64,000 bases of DNA from Synechococcus sp. (GCA_047284725.1 JBJBEO010000001.1:480001-544000); one strand, 5' to 3'. Numbered from the stretch's first letter, positions 1 to 10,971 are shown. Translations and numbers: made by a program. Notes: a model not told the origin generated them from the sequence alone.

Positions 1-1144
1 CACCCCCCAGCAGAGTGATGGCGAATCCCGTGTAGACCAGTGGCACGCCTGGATCGCGCTTGAGAAGCAATCCGCTTGCAGGCATCACGTCAATGACACG
101 GACCGGCACGCCATTGATTTCGGCTGCGGTTCCACCGGGTCGCAGATTGGTGATCAGTTCACCGCCTTCGCCAAACACCTGCACAGGCCCTGCTTCGCTG
201 CCCAGGGTCAGCAGCACCGGCTGGCTGCCATCGGGGCGTGTCGGCAGCACCAACCCCCAAAGCTGATCGCCGAGTTCGGGGAATGCCTGCAGCGGAAGCT
301 GCAGATAAGGGCTGCTGCCAAATTGCAGTGTGATCGTGGCTAACGACCAGTCGGCTTGATAGACGGTCATGCCGCGATAACGCAGGGGATGATTGACGCT
401 GATTTCCCGTTGTTCCTCGACGCCATTCCCAGACGGAGACAGGGTCAGTTTTGAGCGGAACTGTTCGGTGCGTCCGGCCGGATCTCGCTCGATGCTGAAT
501 TGATCCAGGGTGAGGCTGACTTGGCTCGTTCCCTGTCGATCCAGGAGATCCAGGCTGCGACCTGGGGCTAAAAACCGTTCGATCCTGTTGCCTGCAAGAG
601 CCCCCCAGGCGGCTCCCAGCATCAGCAGCACCAGGCCGGTGTGCACCAACAGAGGACCGACTCTGCCGCTCACCCCTCTTCGTGCCGCCAGACGTCCACT
701 GGTCGCCTGTACCTGCCAGCCCTGGGAGCGGAGGCTTGTGGCCAACGCTTTGAGATCCTGTTCAGGATCCGAGCTGGGGATGGTTTCCGCGAGCGCCATC
801 TTGCTGAGCTGACGTGGCTCTCGGTAATCGATCCAGCGAAGAGCGGACTGCAGTGCAGGCCACTGGCGTCTCCAGCTGCAGAGGATGAGGGCGAGCCCCA
901 GCCATGCCAGAAGAGCGAGGAACCAACCACTGGAGTAGACCCGGTCGAGCTGCAGCTGCAGCATGAGATCACCACTGATCAGTCCCAACCACGGATTTGC
1001 ATTGAACCGGCTGAGGTACAGATCGGCAGCTTCCCCCTGGGGAAGGATGGTGCCGATGGCGCTGGCGCTGGCGATCAGCAGCAGGAGAAGGATCGCCAGC
1101 CTCAGATCGGAGAGGACAGCAGCAAGACGTTTGAGCAAGGCCAT
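1..1144 (-). CDS. ccs1: Cytochrome c biogenesis protein Ccs1/CcsB (ResB family); 3' end runs off the window
   Basis: Hand translation from ATG at 1144 gives [38 protein letters not shown]...[12 protein letters not shown], a ResB/Ccs1-type N-terminus. Directly downstream of ccdA. Absent from the ORF track because it is truncated. Confidence 0.9.
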   Translation of the reverse strand, partial: MALLKRLAAVLSDLRLAILLLLLIASASAIGTILPQGEAADLYLSRFNANPWLGLISGDLMLQLQLDRVYSSGWFLALLAWLGLALILCSWRRQWPALQSALRWIDYREPRQLSKMALAETIPSSDPEQDLKALATSLRSQGWQVQATSGRLAARRGVSGRVGPLLVHTGLVLLMLGAAWGALAGNRIERFLAPGRSLDLLDRQGTSQVSLTLDQFSIERDPAGRTEQFRSKLTLSPSGNGVEEQREISVNHPLRYRGMTVYQADWSLATITLQFGSSPYLQLPLQAFPELGDQLWGLVLPTRPDGSQPVLLTLGSEAGPVQVFGEGGELITNLRPGGTAAEINGVPVRVIDVMPASGLLLKRDPGVPLVYTGFAITLLGG

Positions 1145-1147
1145 CGA

Positions 1148-1783
1148 TCAGGTCAAGCGAGCCAGCAGGGTGAGCATCCCGGTGCAGATCAGCACAGCAC
1201 CACTCAACGGAGGCACCCAGCGGCCAATGGGACGCAGGGCCAGCAATTTGGGAACACTGGCCGCGGCACTGCCAGCAATCATCAGTGGCAACACCTGGCC
1301 AACCCCAAAGCTGGTGAGCAGCAGTACGCCCACCACCGGGTTGCCACTGGTGGAAATCCAACCCAGCAGCACGGCCAACACTGGCGTGGTGCATGGAGAG
1401 GCTGCGAGGCCAAAGGCCAGGCCTGCTGCGATGGGTGCCAAAGGAGCCGGGACGCGCTTGGTCCAGCTCATGGGATCCGGGCCCGATGGCAGCGGGATTC
1501 GCACGAGGCCAAGCAGGTTGAGGCCCATCAACACGGCCAGCAGGGCCACCAGGCTGGGCACGACATCCGGTACCTGGCCGTAGATCTTTCCCACCAGTCC
1601 ACTGAGGCTTCCCAGCACCACTAAGGCCCCGACAATGCCTGCGCAGAACAGTGAACTGCGCTGCCAAGAGGTTTGTCGTGTTTCGAAGCCAGCCAGGTAG
1701 GCAAGGGTCACCGGCAACAACGACAGGGAGCATGGCCCCAGACTGGTGAGTGCTCCTCCAGCGAACACCAGGCCAAGCGTCAA
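1148..1783 (-). CDS. ccdA: Cytochrome c biogenesis protein CcdA (DsbD transmembrane domain)
   Basis: Hydrophobic protein with TSLGPCSLSLLP and ASPCTTPVL Cys motifs. The true start may lie further upstream. Confidence 0.92.
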   Translation of the reverse strand: MTLGLVFAGGALTSLGPCSLSLLPVTLAYLAGFETRQTSWQRSSLFCAGIVGALVVLGSLSGLVGKIYGQVPDVVPSLVALLAVLMGLNLLGLVRIPLPSGPDPMSWTKRVPAPLAPIAAGLAFGLAASPCTTPVLAVLLGWISTSGNPVVGVLLLTSFGVGQVLPLMIAGSAAASVPKLLALRPIGRWVPPLSGAVLICTGMLTLLARLT

Positions 1784-1924
1784 GGGGCCCGGTTGATTGA
1801 GTGCTTGGCTCAGCAGAAGCTCACTGCGTTGTGCCAGATCTGGCAGATCCAGGAATGCACTCGCCAGGAGGTCGTTGTGAATGGTCGTCGCCGGATGATC
1901 CGGAACAAATTTGTGAGGCTCACC

Positions 1925-3199
1925 CTATCGAGTTGATGCCAGTCGCTGGTCGCTGCCGATTCGCCGGCGATTGGGACGTCGGCCACCGACCAGGCTCGTG
2001 GATTCCAGGGAACAGCGGATCAGCAACCCTGCGACAAAAACGCTTGACATCAGTGAATTGCCGCCATAGCTAACCATTGGCAGGGGGAGTCCGGTCGTGG
2101 GCATCGAGCCTGAGGCAACGGCAAGGTTCATCAACGACTGGCCGATCAGCAGCACGGTGCAGCCAATGGCTGTGAGCCGCGCCTGATTACTGCGGCAGCG
2201 CAGGGCAACCCTCAGTCCTAGAAAGGCCACCAGCATGAGGAAGAGGAGCAACATCACCGAACCGATAAAGCCAAACTCTTCTGCGTAGACGGCGAAGATG
2301 AAATCGGTGCTCTGGATCGGCAGGTATTGCATCTTCTGGGTGGAGAGAGCAAACCCCTGGCCGAAGACCCCACCCGAGCCAATGGCGAGCAGGCTCTGCA
2401 CCAGTTGATAGCCATTCCCCTGAGGGTCTTGCCAGGGGTCTAGAAACGAAATGACCCTCAGGCGTTGGTAGTCGTTGAACAGGATGCTTGTGATGCCGAG
2501 ACTGGCTCCTGCCAGGGCCGTGCCGAACAACGTGCGCAGACGTAAGCCTGCACTGAAGGCCATCAGCCAAAGCAGGAGGCCTGTGAGCGCGGCAGTGCTG
2601 AGGTTGGGTTGCTTGAGGATCAGCAGAATCAACGCAGCGAAGCTGCCAATCCAGAGCAGTTTCTGATCGGTGGCACTGCGTTTCCACTGGGCAAACAGGC
2701 TTGCCGCCTGGAGCACCACAAAGGGTTTGACCAATTCGGAAGGTTGAATCTGCAATGGCCCGATCACCAGCCATCGGCTCGCTCCATTCACGGTGCTGCC
2801 GAAGACCAGTGTTGCGGCGACGAGCACACAGCCAAGCCATACCCCTGGACCAGCCACTTTCATCCATCGACGCAGGTCGGTGCTGATCGCCATCGCGAGC
2901 AGTCCCCAGCTTGCCGTCATCCAGATCAGCTGTCGTTTGAGGTAGTAGGCGCCTTCTCCCATTTCACGGCTGGCGACCCACCAGCTGGCAGAGGCGAGGA
3001 TCAGCAATCCCCCCAGGCTCCAGATCGCGGTGAGACTGAGCAGCAAGCGTGCTTCAGCGGGCCAGAGCGACCAGTCCAAGGGCAAGGCTTGTCGCCAAAG
3101 CTTGCTTCTGGCTTCCACGCAGGAGGCCTGGTTCTTGGTCCTCCCCTGATGCGCCCTGGACCTCGAGGATGGGTTCACGCTCTTGCGGTTCAAGGACAC
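1925..3199 (-). CDS. ftsW: SEDS-family cell division protein FtsW
   Basis: Motifs NGASRWL, IQPSELVK, QPNLSTA, GYQLVQSLLAIGSGG, TDFIFAVYAEEFG, TGLPLPMVSYGG. Confidence 0.93.
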   Translation of the reverse strand: MSLNRKSVNPSSRSRAHQGRTKNQASCVEARSKLWRQALPLDWSLWPAEARLLLSLTAIWSLGGLLILASASWWVASREMGEGAYYLKRQLIWMTASWGLLAMAISTDLRRWMKVAGPGVWLGCVLVAATLVFGSTVNGASRWLVIGPLQIQPSELVKPFVVLQAASLFAQWKRSATDQKLLWIGSFAALILLILKQPNLSTAALTGLLLWLMAFSAGLRLRTLFGTALAGASLGITSILFNDYQRLRVISFLDPWQDPQGNGYQLVQSLLAIGSGGVFGQGFALSTQKMQYLPIQSTDFIFAVYAEEFGFIGSVMLLLFLMLVAFLGLRVALRCRSNQARLTAIGCTVLLIGQSLMNLAVASGSMPTTGLPLPMVSYGGNSLMSSVFVAGLLIRCSLESTSLVGGRRPNRRRIGSDQRLASTR

Positions 3200-3253
3200 T
3201 GGGCCAGGGAGCCCTATTCAGCCGTCTTGAGGAACATTTGCCAAGGCGACTCC

Positions 3254-3282
3254 AAAAAAAATCCCGGCGTAAGGCCGGGATT
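3254..3282 (-). terminator. Rho-independent terminator of the apcABC operon
   Basis: AATCCCGGC-5 nt-GCCGGGATT stem followed by a U-run on the minus strand, 20 nt after the apcC stop. Confidence 0.85.
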
Positions 3283-3302
3283 GGTCAATCAGAGAGCGGT
3301 TG

Positions 3303-3503
3303 TCAGTTGCCGACGTTGACCTGACGGCCTCCGGTGCACAGTTCAACTTTGATAATTCGCCCACCTTGTTTTTGGATTCGCTGCTGCTCAGCGAACCAGC
3401 TGTCATAAGGAACCCACTTCGTGAAGAAGGTGTTTTGCAGCTCGCGTTGCGTCCGAACTTTTTCAGGGCTCGGAATGCAAGCAGTGACTTTGAACAACCG
3501 CAT
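3303..3503 (-). CDS. apcC: Phycobilisome small core linker Lc7.8 (ApcC)
   Basis: MRLFKVTACIPS...QRELQNTFFTKWVPYDSWFAEQQRIQKQGGRIIKVEL; follows apcB. Confidence 0.97.
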   Translation of the reverse strand: MRLFKVTACIPSPEKVRTQRELQNTFFTKWVPYDSWFAEQQRIQKQGGRIIKVELCTGGRQVNVGN

Positions 3504-3507
3504 GGGT

Positions 3508-3996
3508 TCAGTTGCCGAGGCCTGAGCAGATGTAATCGAGATAGACACCCATCTCCTTGCCAGCATCAGGGCCGACGAGACCTGCGACGACTTCCTTCAT
3601 GGCCTGGATAGCCTGAACGGTTGCGCCGATGGGAACGCCAAGGGAGTTATAGGTCTCCTTGAGGCCGTTTAGGACACGCTCATCGAGGATGGAGGTGTCA
3701 CCGGCCAGCATGGCGTAGGTGGAATAGCGGAGGTAATAGTCCAGATCGCGAATGCAAGCTGCATAGCGACGCGTGGTGTACATGTTGCCGCCAGGACGGG
3801 TGATGTCCGAATAGAGCAGTGCCTTGGCAACGGCATCACGGATGATGCCGGAAGCGTTGGCACTGATCGTGGCAGCGGCGCGAACACGCAGCTCACCGCT
3901 TGCGAAATACTGCTCCAGATTGCTCATCGAAGCGGTATCGAGATACAAGCCCTGGACATCGGACTTGTTGATGACGTTGGTGATGGCGTCTTGCAT
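3508..3996 (-). CDS. apcB: Allophycocyanin beta subunit
   Basis: [20 protein letters not shown]...[25 protein letters not shown]. Confidence 0.98.
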   Translation of the reverse strand: MQDAITNVINKSDVQGLYLDTASMSNLEQYFASGELRVRAAATISANASGIIRDAVAKALLYSDITRPGGNMYTTRRYAACIRDLDYYLRYSTYAMLAGDTSILDERVLNGLKETYNSLGVPIGATVQAIQAMKEVVAGLVGPDAGKEMGVYLDYICSGLGN

Positions 3997-4032
3997 GGGT
4001 TCTCAGTAGGTGCGTGATTGGGAGGCGTTGAA

Positions 4033-4518
4033 TCAGGCGAGAGCGCCCACCACGTAATCGAAGTAGGTGCCGGCTTCTTCGGCGTCGGTGCCGGTGAGGA
4101 GGCCCATGGCCACGATTTTCATTTCACGCACGGCTGAGGCCATCGCTTCGAGGGGGGTGCCGAGGGAGCGATACAGCTCCTTGGCGCCGATCACGCCGAT
4201 CTCTTCAATCGGTGTGACATCACCCGCGACGATCCCGTAGGTCACCAGGCGCAGGTAGTAATCCATGTCGCGCAGGCAGGTGGCGGTCATCTCTTCGCCG
4301 TAGGCATTTCCGCCGGGGGAGATGACGTCAGGGCGCTTCTGAAACAGCTGCCCAGCAGCCTGTTTGACGATGCGTTCACGGCTCTCGCAGAGAACCTGGG
4401 CAACGCGAAGGCGGCGCTGGCCGCCGCTCACGAAGGCCTTGATCTGGTCGAGTTCGCCAGGGCTGAGATAGCGGGCTTCGGCGTCCGCGTTGATGATCGA
4501 GTTGGAGACGATGCTCAT
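4033..4518 (-). CDS. apcA: Allophycocyanin alpha subunit
   Basis: [27 protein letters not shown]...[23 protein letters not shown]. Confidence 0.98.
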   Translation of the reverse strand: MSIVSNSIINADAEARYLSPGELDQIKAFVSGGQRRLRVAQVLCESRERIVKQAAGQLFQKRPDVISPGGNAYGEEMTATCLRDMDYYLRLVTYGIVAGDVTPIEEIGVIGAKELYRSLGTPLEAMASAVREMKIVAMGLLTGTDAEEAGTYFDYVVGALA

Positions 4519-4765
4519 GCAGTTCTGCCTCGAAAAGCGCGGCCGCCCGAAGGAGGCCGAGATCCGGTGAATGGGTTAACGCGATCATTTTGGCTGATCG
4601 CTCAATCATTTTGCGGGTAGCGGCTGGCACTTATTCGGACTCGTTAACAGTTCTTCATGGGCAGTATGGGGGTAGATCTGCTGCGCCGCAGTCATTCTGG
4701 TGATTCGCATTTGTTGTTTTCTGCTATTGAAAATCTGCTGCTTTCTGTCAAATTAATTTTCAATA

Positions 4766-4806
4766 AAAAGAAAATTGGCTCGCTTATTGCGAGCCAATTT
4801 TTTTTT
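4766..4806. terminator. Strong hairpin terminator after apcE, with T/A runs on both sides
   Basis: AAAATTGGCTCGC-TTATT-GCGAGCCAATTTT perfect 13-bp stem at 4771-4801. Confidence 0.8.
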
Positions 4807-4835
4807 AGCTTTTTGCTATTGAGTCGTTTGTTGAT

Positions 4836-7800
4836 TCAGATTGCGGAATCTTTGGGGGGGTTGAGCGCTGAATTTCCTCTATACAGTGAGGCGGTGCGAA
4901 TCACTGTTGACTGAGATTTTCCAGGGCTCGTGTCCATGCCTTGGATGCGAGGGACCTCGTTTGTGTTGGAGGTCTCCGCACAAGTGAGAAGCCAGCGCGT
5001 GGCCTCTGGCTGTCCAGCGGCAGCGCGAATCTTTAGAAATTCGGCAGCTTCCGAAGGTGTGGATGCGCGTCCTAGCAGGGCTAGGGCTGCTGCGGATGCC
5101 GCCCGAAGCGGCGCCATGGTTGACAGCCGTTGTTGAAAGAGATCGCTCATGGCGACTGCCTCCACAAACCCTGAAAGGTCGAGGTCTTCATTGCGAAGTA
5201 AGGATTCGGCGCTTGTCAGTCGCTCGTTATCAAGGGGGATGCGGTTAATGAGTTGGCGATAGGTGGCCTCAATCGCAACGGTCAACTCGTCTTCGCTGAA
5301 GGGAGGGGTTAGAGCTATGGGCGAAGTGATGCCTGACCTTCTTTGGAAGCCCGTGGTGTCTTTGCTTTCAAGTGCTCTCGCTAATGGAGGCAGTGGTAGT
5401 GCAGTCGCTGGCCTGGATGCCTTGAGGGGCTTGAAGCGGACGCTTGTTTTGGCTCCAATATTTTGCTCGCTCTCTACTAAGTAGTTAGGCGAAGTAGAAG
5501 TAGCAATAGGCCTTGGAAGGCTCTCTTTCCTAGAGGCCTGAAGCTCCCTGAAACTTTGGCGACCATCCGTGGAAGGAAGTTTGATTTGTAGTAGACGGTT
5601 GACATCCTCTGCTTCACGACGTTCAAAGATTTTGCGAATGGCTGCGGATTGGCCATCGCTAGCCCTGACCTGGACGAATTCAGCTGCTTCTTTGGGGGTT
5701 GCAGCTCGTCCTAGGATTGCAAGATTGCTTGCGGCTGCAGCTCTCAAAGGAGCCATGGCGCTGAGACGTTTCTGGAATATGTTGCTCAGCGCAACAGCTT
5801 CAATAAAGCCTACAAGGGGGATTTTCTGATCTCTTAGTTGAGATTCTGCTTCAGCAAGGCGTTCATCGTCAAATGGGATTCGATTGAGGAATTGCCGATA
5901 AGTCTCATCAATTGCGGAAGATAGTGCTTCTTCGGTGAATGGTGGCTTTAATTCAATTGAGGATTTGAGGCCAACTCGTGATGCAAAGCCATTGACGTCA
6001 TTGCGCCTTAGGGCCTGAAGAATCTTTTCGCCAGGAATCTCAGGGCTAACGATCCCTCTGAACTCAACCTTGGCTTGCCACGATGGAGTTTTAGTTTTTT
6101 TGGCTTTATCGAATGTCTTTGTGAGAGCAAAAGAGGACGACTGGGTCTGGCTGTTTCTATTAGATAAGGATTCTTCCCATTTAATCTGGCCTTCTGAAGG
6201 GGGGAGATTGCGCTTTGTGAGGTCTCCGCTGGTCTTCAGTTTCTCGACAGTTTTTGTCTCAGGCCTCGAGACTTGTGTGCTAGTAACAATGTCTTCAATG
6301 TTAATAGCTTGCTTCCATGTCGGAACCCGCCTCATGTTGAGATCGGCAGGGGTGATGAATCTTTCATAGGGAACAGTGTCTTCCCCGAAGCAGTCTTTGT
6401 ACTCCTTGCTGTCGATCAGGGCATCAACGAGGCCGTAAAAGCCCTTGTGAGCTGCTGTATCGAAGAGAGCGTCAATTTCCCAGCGGCCAAATGTGGGACG
6501 ACCGAGCAACCGGCGATGCATGACTTCGATTGCTTTGGCGATATAGAGGCCGCTCCAGTAGCGACGCCGAAATGCATCAGAACTGGCCACAATGCGCACA
6601 AAGTCGCGCAAGGAAATATCACCGTTTTCAAGTCTTGCCTCGTCTGATCCCATCCGCTCGCCTGAGTAGCCTGCATTGCCAAGCACCTGCACATAAACGG
6701 CGTTAATAATCGCCTGGGTGCTCGATTCTGTGGCTCTGATACTCGGCTGGCCTCCACGACGTGGAACAGCCGCTCCCCCTGTGGCGATCTGTTGAAGTCG
6801 CATCACCCGGGGGCCAACCTTTCGGGGACGACTGGAGCGGAACTGGGCGCTGTCCATCTGGCCGGGCGACGCCATGCCATTGCTCACCAGAAGCCTTCGA
6901 CTGTCGTAGCCGTAGGGAGCAGGGCGTGTGCTGACCGATGCTGTCCCGCTCGGGAAAATGGCTCCGTACTGGTTGCCGATCGGATCGTTGCCGCCGCCGT
7001 ACACGTGCTGATCGGCGAGGGGCTGACGGTAGGAGGCGTAAAGGGTGACGTACTGGGGGGCGCCGTCGAAGGGGGCGCTGAACCTGAACAGTTTCCGGTT
7101 GGAGCCCCAGCCGGCACTCTCCTGGGCTTCCTCACCCAGATCCCGCAGGAAGGGCACGGTCTCCTCACCGAAAGTCTGGGCGTACTCCGCTGAGTTGACC
7201 AACACATCGATGAGCCCGTTGAGGCCCTGATCACTGAGGATCGCGAATCCCGACTTGAATTCTTCGAGGGAACTGATCCCTCGGCCAAGGAAATGGCGAT
7301 AGGCGAGTTCAACAACGCGACTGTTGACGAAGCGATCGTGGAACTGCTGCCTGTATTCCTTGCACCGACCGAGGGCACGGATGAATTCGCGCATGGAGAG
7401 CTTCCCTTGCACAAGCTGGGAGGCTTCCGATGCACAAGGCATCTGGGAGTAGCCCTTGGCAATGTCCCGTTCGAAAACCTGGCGGTAGGCCGCGCGAACG
7501 ATCTCCTGACGTTCGTTGCCGCTCATCCCGGGCTTGATGCTGTAGCGCTGGGATTGCCCCTGAGCTGCCAGCGCGTAGATCGCAGGAAGCTGGAGTCCCT
7601 GGCGCTGTGCGCTGCCGAGTTTCTGGCGCGCTGACGGCGTCGCGACAGCCAACTCCTTCAGCAGCACATTGAAGCAATCGATCGCCATGCGTCTGGCTTC
7701 AGGACGGTCGCGAAGCAGTGAGGCTGCTGCAGCTCGCATTTCCTGCAGGGCCACATTGGTCGCTGCAAGCGAGCAGCCTTTTTCAAGAACATCCCGGAGC

Positions 7801-8384
7801 CCACGCGTATTCACGGACAGGATGCTGGGGTCACCCGCCACAAGGGAGTAGCCCACATAGCGGAGAAACCAGCCAAGATCACGGACGGATTTGCGCATTC
7901 GCGCCGGTCCGTATTTGGCCACACTGATCGGCGAGAAGCCTGTCGGAAGAACCACCCGCACATCGGCATCTTCACTGTTCCCGCGGAGAAGACGCGTCAG
8001 CGCGTTTCCGGTCTGGACTGACGCGCTCGACCCGGTGAACGTTTCCACAGAGCGCTGGAAAGCCAGCTGGTCAGCGGCCAGGACAGTTCCGTCGCCCTGG
8101 TTGGATTCGCCGCGTGTGAGGGGCGATTCCAGAAAGGAGAGCGGAGTGCCGCCGGCAAAAATTCTGTTGGCTGCCCTGGCAACAATGGCCTCGGCGTTCT
8201 CGGCCAGGATTTCCGCTGCCTGGAGACGGTCCTGGCCGCTACGGAAAAACGTGATGAGATTGTCAAGCTCGCCGACATCAGGGAAGCGGTCTTGCTGTTC
8301 AGCCTGACGAACGCTCGAGAGAGGCAGGGTGTCGAAGAGCTGAGGCGAGACCCTTGGGCTGCCGCTGCTGGCGGTCACGGTCAT
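4836..8384 (-). CDS. apcE: Phycobilisome core-membrane linker LCM (ApcE), 1182 aa, four linker repeats
   Basis: N-terminus MTVTASSGSPRVSPQLFDTLP, chromophore Cys in LEKGCSLAAT, REP domains (AAYRQVFERD..FGEETVP; AVYVQVLG..FGEDTVPYER; two further degenerate TYRQ repeats). Confidence 0.97.
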   Translation of the reverse strand: MTVTASSGSPRVSPQLFDTLPLSSVRQAEQQDRFPDVGELDNLITFFRSGQDRLQAAEILAENAEAIVARAANRIFAGGTPLSFLESPLTRGESNQGDGTVLAADQLAFQRSVETFTGSSASVQTGNALTRLLRGNSEDADVRVVLPTGFSPISVAKYGPARMRKSVRDLGWFLRYVGYSLVAGDPSILSVNTRGLRDVLEKGCSLAATNVALQEMRAAAASLLRDRPEARRMAIDCFNVLLKELAVATPSARQKLGSAQRQGLQLPAIYALAAQGQSQRYSIKPGMSGNERQEIVRAAYRQVFERDIAKGYSQMPCASEASQLVQGKLSMREFIRALGRCKEYRQQFHDRFVNSRVVELAYRHFLGRGISSLEEFKSGFAILSDQGLNGLIDVLVNSAEYAQTFGEETVPFLRDLGEEAQESAGWGSNRKLFRFSAPFDGAPQYVTLYASYRQPLADQHVYGGGNDPIGNQYGAIFPSGTASVSTRPAPYGYDSRRLLVSNGMASPGQMDSAQFRSSRPRKVGPRVMRLQQIATGGAAVPRRGGQPSIRATESSTQAIINAVYVQVLGNAGYSGERMGSDEARLENGDISLRDFVRIVASSDAFRRRYWSGLYIAKAIEVMHRRLLGRPTFGRWEIDALFDTAAHKGFYGLVDALIDSKEYKDCFGEDTVPYERFITPADLNMRRVPTWKQAINIEDIVTSTQVSRPETKTVEKLKTSGDLTKRNLPPSEGQIKWEESLSNRNSQTQSSSFALTKTFDKAKKTKTPSWQAKVEFRGIVSPEIPGEKILQALRRNDVNGFASRVGLKSSIELKPPFTEEALSSAIDETYRQFLNRIPFDDERLAEAESQLRDQKIPLVGFIEAVALSNIFQKRLSAMAPLRAAAASNLAILGRAATPKEAAEFVQVRASDGQSAAIRKIFERREAEDVNRLLQIKLPSTDGRQSFRELQASRKESLPRPIATSTSPNYLVESEQNIGAKTSVRFKPLKASRPATALPLPPLARALESKDTTGFQRRSGITSPIALTPPFSEDELTVAIEATYRQLINRIPLDNERLTSAESLLRNEDLDLSGFVEAVAMSDLFQQRLSTMAPLRAASAAALALLGRASTPSEAAEFLKIRAAAGQPEATRWLLTCAETSNTNEVPRIQGMDTSPGKSQSTVIRTASLYRGNSALNPPKDSAI

Positions 8385-8543
8385 GAACGAATCAAGCCAG
8401 ATCGGGTCACATTACGGCTCGCGAGATGGGCATCCGGGCTGGCATGAACAAATATTTGCAGGGAGACGCTGTAGGGGGCTGACAGGGGTCTGAGCCATGA
8501 AATGCTCGGCTCCATCCCCCGCCCCCACGCCTCCTTTTGACCC

Positions 8544-9749
8544 ATGTCCCATGCCTCCAGCGATGCGGCGACCCCTGTTGTAAGCGCCTTCTACGACCGA
8601 TTCCCTTACCCGGGGGACCCGCTGCAGGATGGCCCTCCGCCCGGATACAACTGGCGCTGGAATCTCAGAAGTGTGGATCAGGCCGTCTTTGGTCGGGTCA
8701 GTGACTCCCGTGCAGCCGGCAGTCCGCTGAAAATCCTTGATGCAGGTTGCGGCACGGGCGTCACCACCGATTATCTGTGCCACCTGAATCCGGGTGCCGA
8801 GGTCCTTGCTGTGGATATCAGCCCCGGAGCCCTCGATGTGGCGCGGGAACGTCTCAGCCGGTCCGGTGGCTCGGAGGTGGTGTCGTCACTGCGGCAGGAG
8901 CAGCGCAGCCTTCTGGATCTCGAGGGGGAGGGCCCCTTCGATTACATCAACTCCGTCGGCGTTCTCCATCATCTCGATGATCCGTCTGCGGGGCTGCAGG
9001 CGCTTGGCCGTCTCCTTGCTTCTGATGGGTTGCTGCATCTGTTCCTCTACGCCGATTCCGGTCGTTGGGAGATTCACCGCGTGCAGCGAGCGCTGACCAG
9101 GCTCAAGGTCGGCAGTTCTGCCGATGGCCTGCGCCTGGGGCGAGACCTGTTCAGCCATTTGCCCGCTGACAACCGGTTGCGGCGCCACCACGAGCAGCGA
9201 TGGGCAGTCGACTGTGCGGCGGATGCCAATTTCGCAGACATGTATCTCCACCCCCAGGAGACCAGCTACGACCTCCGCGGCCTGATGCGCTACATCGCTG
9301 ACTCGGGACTGCACTTCGCAGGGTTCTCCAATCCACAGGTCTGGGATCCAGCCCGTCTGCTGCAGGGGGAGCTTCTCGAACGGGCACTGGCCCTGCCTGA
9401 ACTGGATCAATGGCTGCTGGTCGAAGAACTTGATCCCGACATCAGCCATTTCGAGTTTTTCGTCAGTCAGCGGCCGGTGCACCGGCAGTTGTGGTCAGAC
9501 GATCAGCCCCTTCTGGAGGCCACCGCTGAGCGTCAACCCTGCCTCTGGGGCTGGCCTTCGTCCAACATGCTCGGACCGGATCTGGAGCCACTTAAAGTTG
9601 AGCCCAGGGCATTGGAACTGCTCAGGGCGATTGATCAGCACCCTGGAACTCCAATGGGCGAGCTTGGTTTCGGCGACGACACCGTGATCCTGGCGAGGAG
9701 TCTGATGCGGCAACGCCTGCTTCTCCTCTATCCAGCTCCCGGGTTGTAA
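8544..9749 (+). CDS. cpcM: Phycobiliprotein beta-subunit asparagine N-methyltransferase CpcM (class I SAM methyltransferase)
   Basis: PPPGYNWRW motif, ILDAGCGTG SAM-binding motif, FADMYLHPQET, about 400 aa, and position between apcE and atp1 as known for cpcM. Confidence 0.8.
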   Translation: MSHASSDAATPVVSAFYDRFPYPGDPLQDGPPPGYNWRWNLRSVDQAVFGRVSDSRAAGSPLKILDAGCGTGVTTDYLCHLNPGAEVLAVDISPGALDVARERLSRSGGSEVVSSLRQEQRSLLDLEGEGPFDYINSVGVLHHLDDPSAGLQALGRLLASDGLLHLFLYADSGRWEIHRVQRALTRLKVGSSADGLRLGRDLFSHLPADNRLRRHHEQRWAVDCAADANFADMYLHPQETSYDLRGLMRYIADSGLHFAGFSNPQVWDPARLLQGELLERALALPELDQWLLVEELDPDISHFEFFVSQRPVHRQLWSDDQPLLEATAERQPCLWGWPSSNMLGPDLEPLKVEPRALELLRAIDQHPGTPMGELGFGDDTVILARSLMRQRLLLLYPAPGL

Positions 9750-9850
9750 CGAGTAGGCGCGTGATAGATTCCGCGCGCTTTCTCAGGTGCAGTTTGCAGG
9801 CGTCGCCTACCACTGGTCTGGATGGGGAAATCTCTTCCCCAGACAACGGT

Positions 9851-10186
9851 ATGGGGGACTTCAGACGACTGCAACAGCGCTTGATGCAGGCCACCCTCAT
9901 CGTTACCGCTGTTGCCGTTCCCGTAGCAGCCATCGGTTTCGACTTTCATGTGGCCTGCAGCCTGTTGGTTGGAGCTCTTGCAGGTGTTCTGTACCTGCGT
10001 CTCCTGTCCCGCAGCGTGGCCCGGCTCGGTGGAGGGTCACGTCAGGTTGGCCGTTTTCAGCTGGTGGTTCCGATTCTCTTGATCGTTTCAGCAGCTCGTT
10101 TCCCCCAGCTTGATCTCCTCCCCGCATTCGTGGGTTTTCTTCTCTACAAGCCCGCCTTGATTCTTCAGACCGTCCTTGACGGCTGA
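9851..10186 (+). CDS. atp1: ATP synthase protein I (Atp1/UncI-like)
   Basis: Small hydrophobic protein ([20 protein letters not shown]...GFLLYKPAL), first gene of the atp operon. Frame is open from 9761; ATG 9851 chosen. Confidence 0.88.
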   Translation: MGDFRRLQQRLMQATLIVTAVAVPVAAIGFDFHVACSLLVGALAGVLYLRLLSRSVARLGGGSRQVGRFQLVVPILLIVSAARFPQLDLLPAFVGFLLYKPALILQTVLDG

Positions 10187-10211
10187 ATCCGCGCACTCCC
10201 CTCCTGCATTC

Positions 10212-10937
10212 ATGGCTTTGCTGCCTTTCTCACTGCCGTTCGCCGAACTGGAGGTTGGCCACCATCTGTATTGGCAGATCGGCAACCTCAATCTGCACGG
10301 CCAGGTTTTCCTGAGCTCCTGGATTCTGATTGGTGTTCTGCTCGCTCTCGTGCTTGTGGGCACCCGAAAACTTGATCGGGATCCCAGAGGTGTCCAGAAC
10401 CTTCTCGAGTTCATGTGGGATTACCTGCGCGATCTTGCCCGTGATCAGATCGGTGAGAAGTATTACCGCGAGTGGCTTCCCTTCATCGGCACCCTCTTCC
10501 TGTTCATCTTCGTCAGCAACTGGGGTGGTGCCCTCATCCCCTGGAAGGTGATTGAGCTTCCCGAAGGAGAACTCGGCGCTCCCACTGCCGACATCAACAC
10601 CACGGTGGCGATGGCTCTTTTGGTGTCACTGGCCTATTTCTATGCCGGACTCAGCAAGAAGGGTCTTCGCTTCTTCGAGCTGTACGTGGAGCCGACCCCC
10701 ATCATGCTCCCGTTCAAGATCATCGAGGAGTTCACGAAGCCTCTCTCGCTCTCCTTCCGTCTTTTCGGAAACATCCTTGCCGATGAACTCGCAGTCGGTG
10801 TGCTCGTCTATCTCGTGCCCCTGATTGTTCCCCTGCCCGTGATGCTTCTGGGTCTTTTCACCAGTGCCATCCAGGCTCTTATCTTCGCGACTCTTGCCGC
10901 CTTCTACATCGGCGAAGGTCTCCACGAATCGCATTGA
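10212..10937 (+). CDS. atpB: ATP synthase F0 subunit a (cyanobacterial name atpI)
   Basis: [32 protein letters not shown]. Confidence 0.97.
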   Translation: MALLPFSLPFAELEVGHHLYWQIGNLNLHGQVFLSSWILIGVLLALVLVGTRKLDRDPRGVQNLLEFMWDYLRDLARDQIGEKYYREWLPFIGTLFLFIFVSNWGGALIPWKVIELPEGELGAPTADINTTVAMALLVSLAYFYAGLSKKGLRFFELYVEPTPIMLPFKIIEEFTKPLSLSFRLFGNILADELAVGVLVYLVPLIVPLPVMLLGLFTSAIQALIFATLAAFYIGEGLHESH

Positions 10938-10971
10938 CCAGCAGACATCTCCCTCGACCCCTCGTCTGCTA

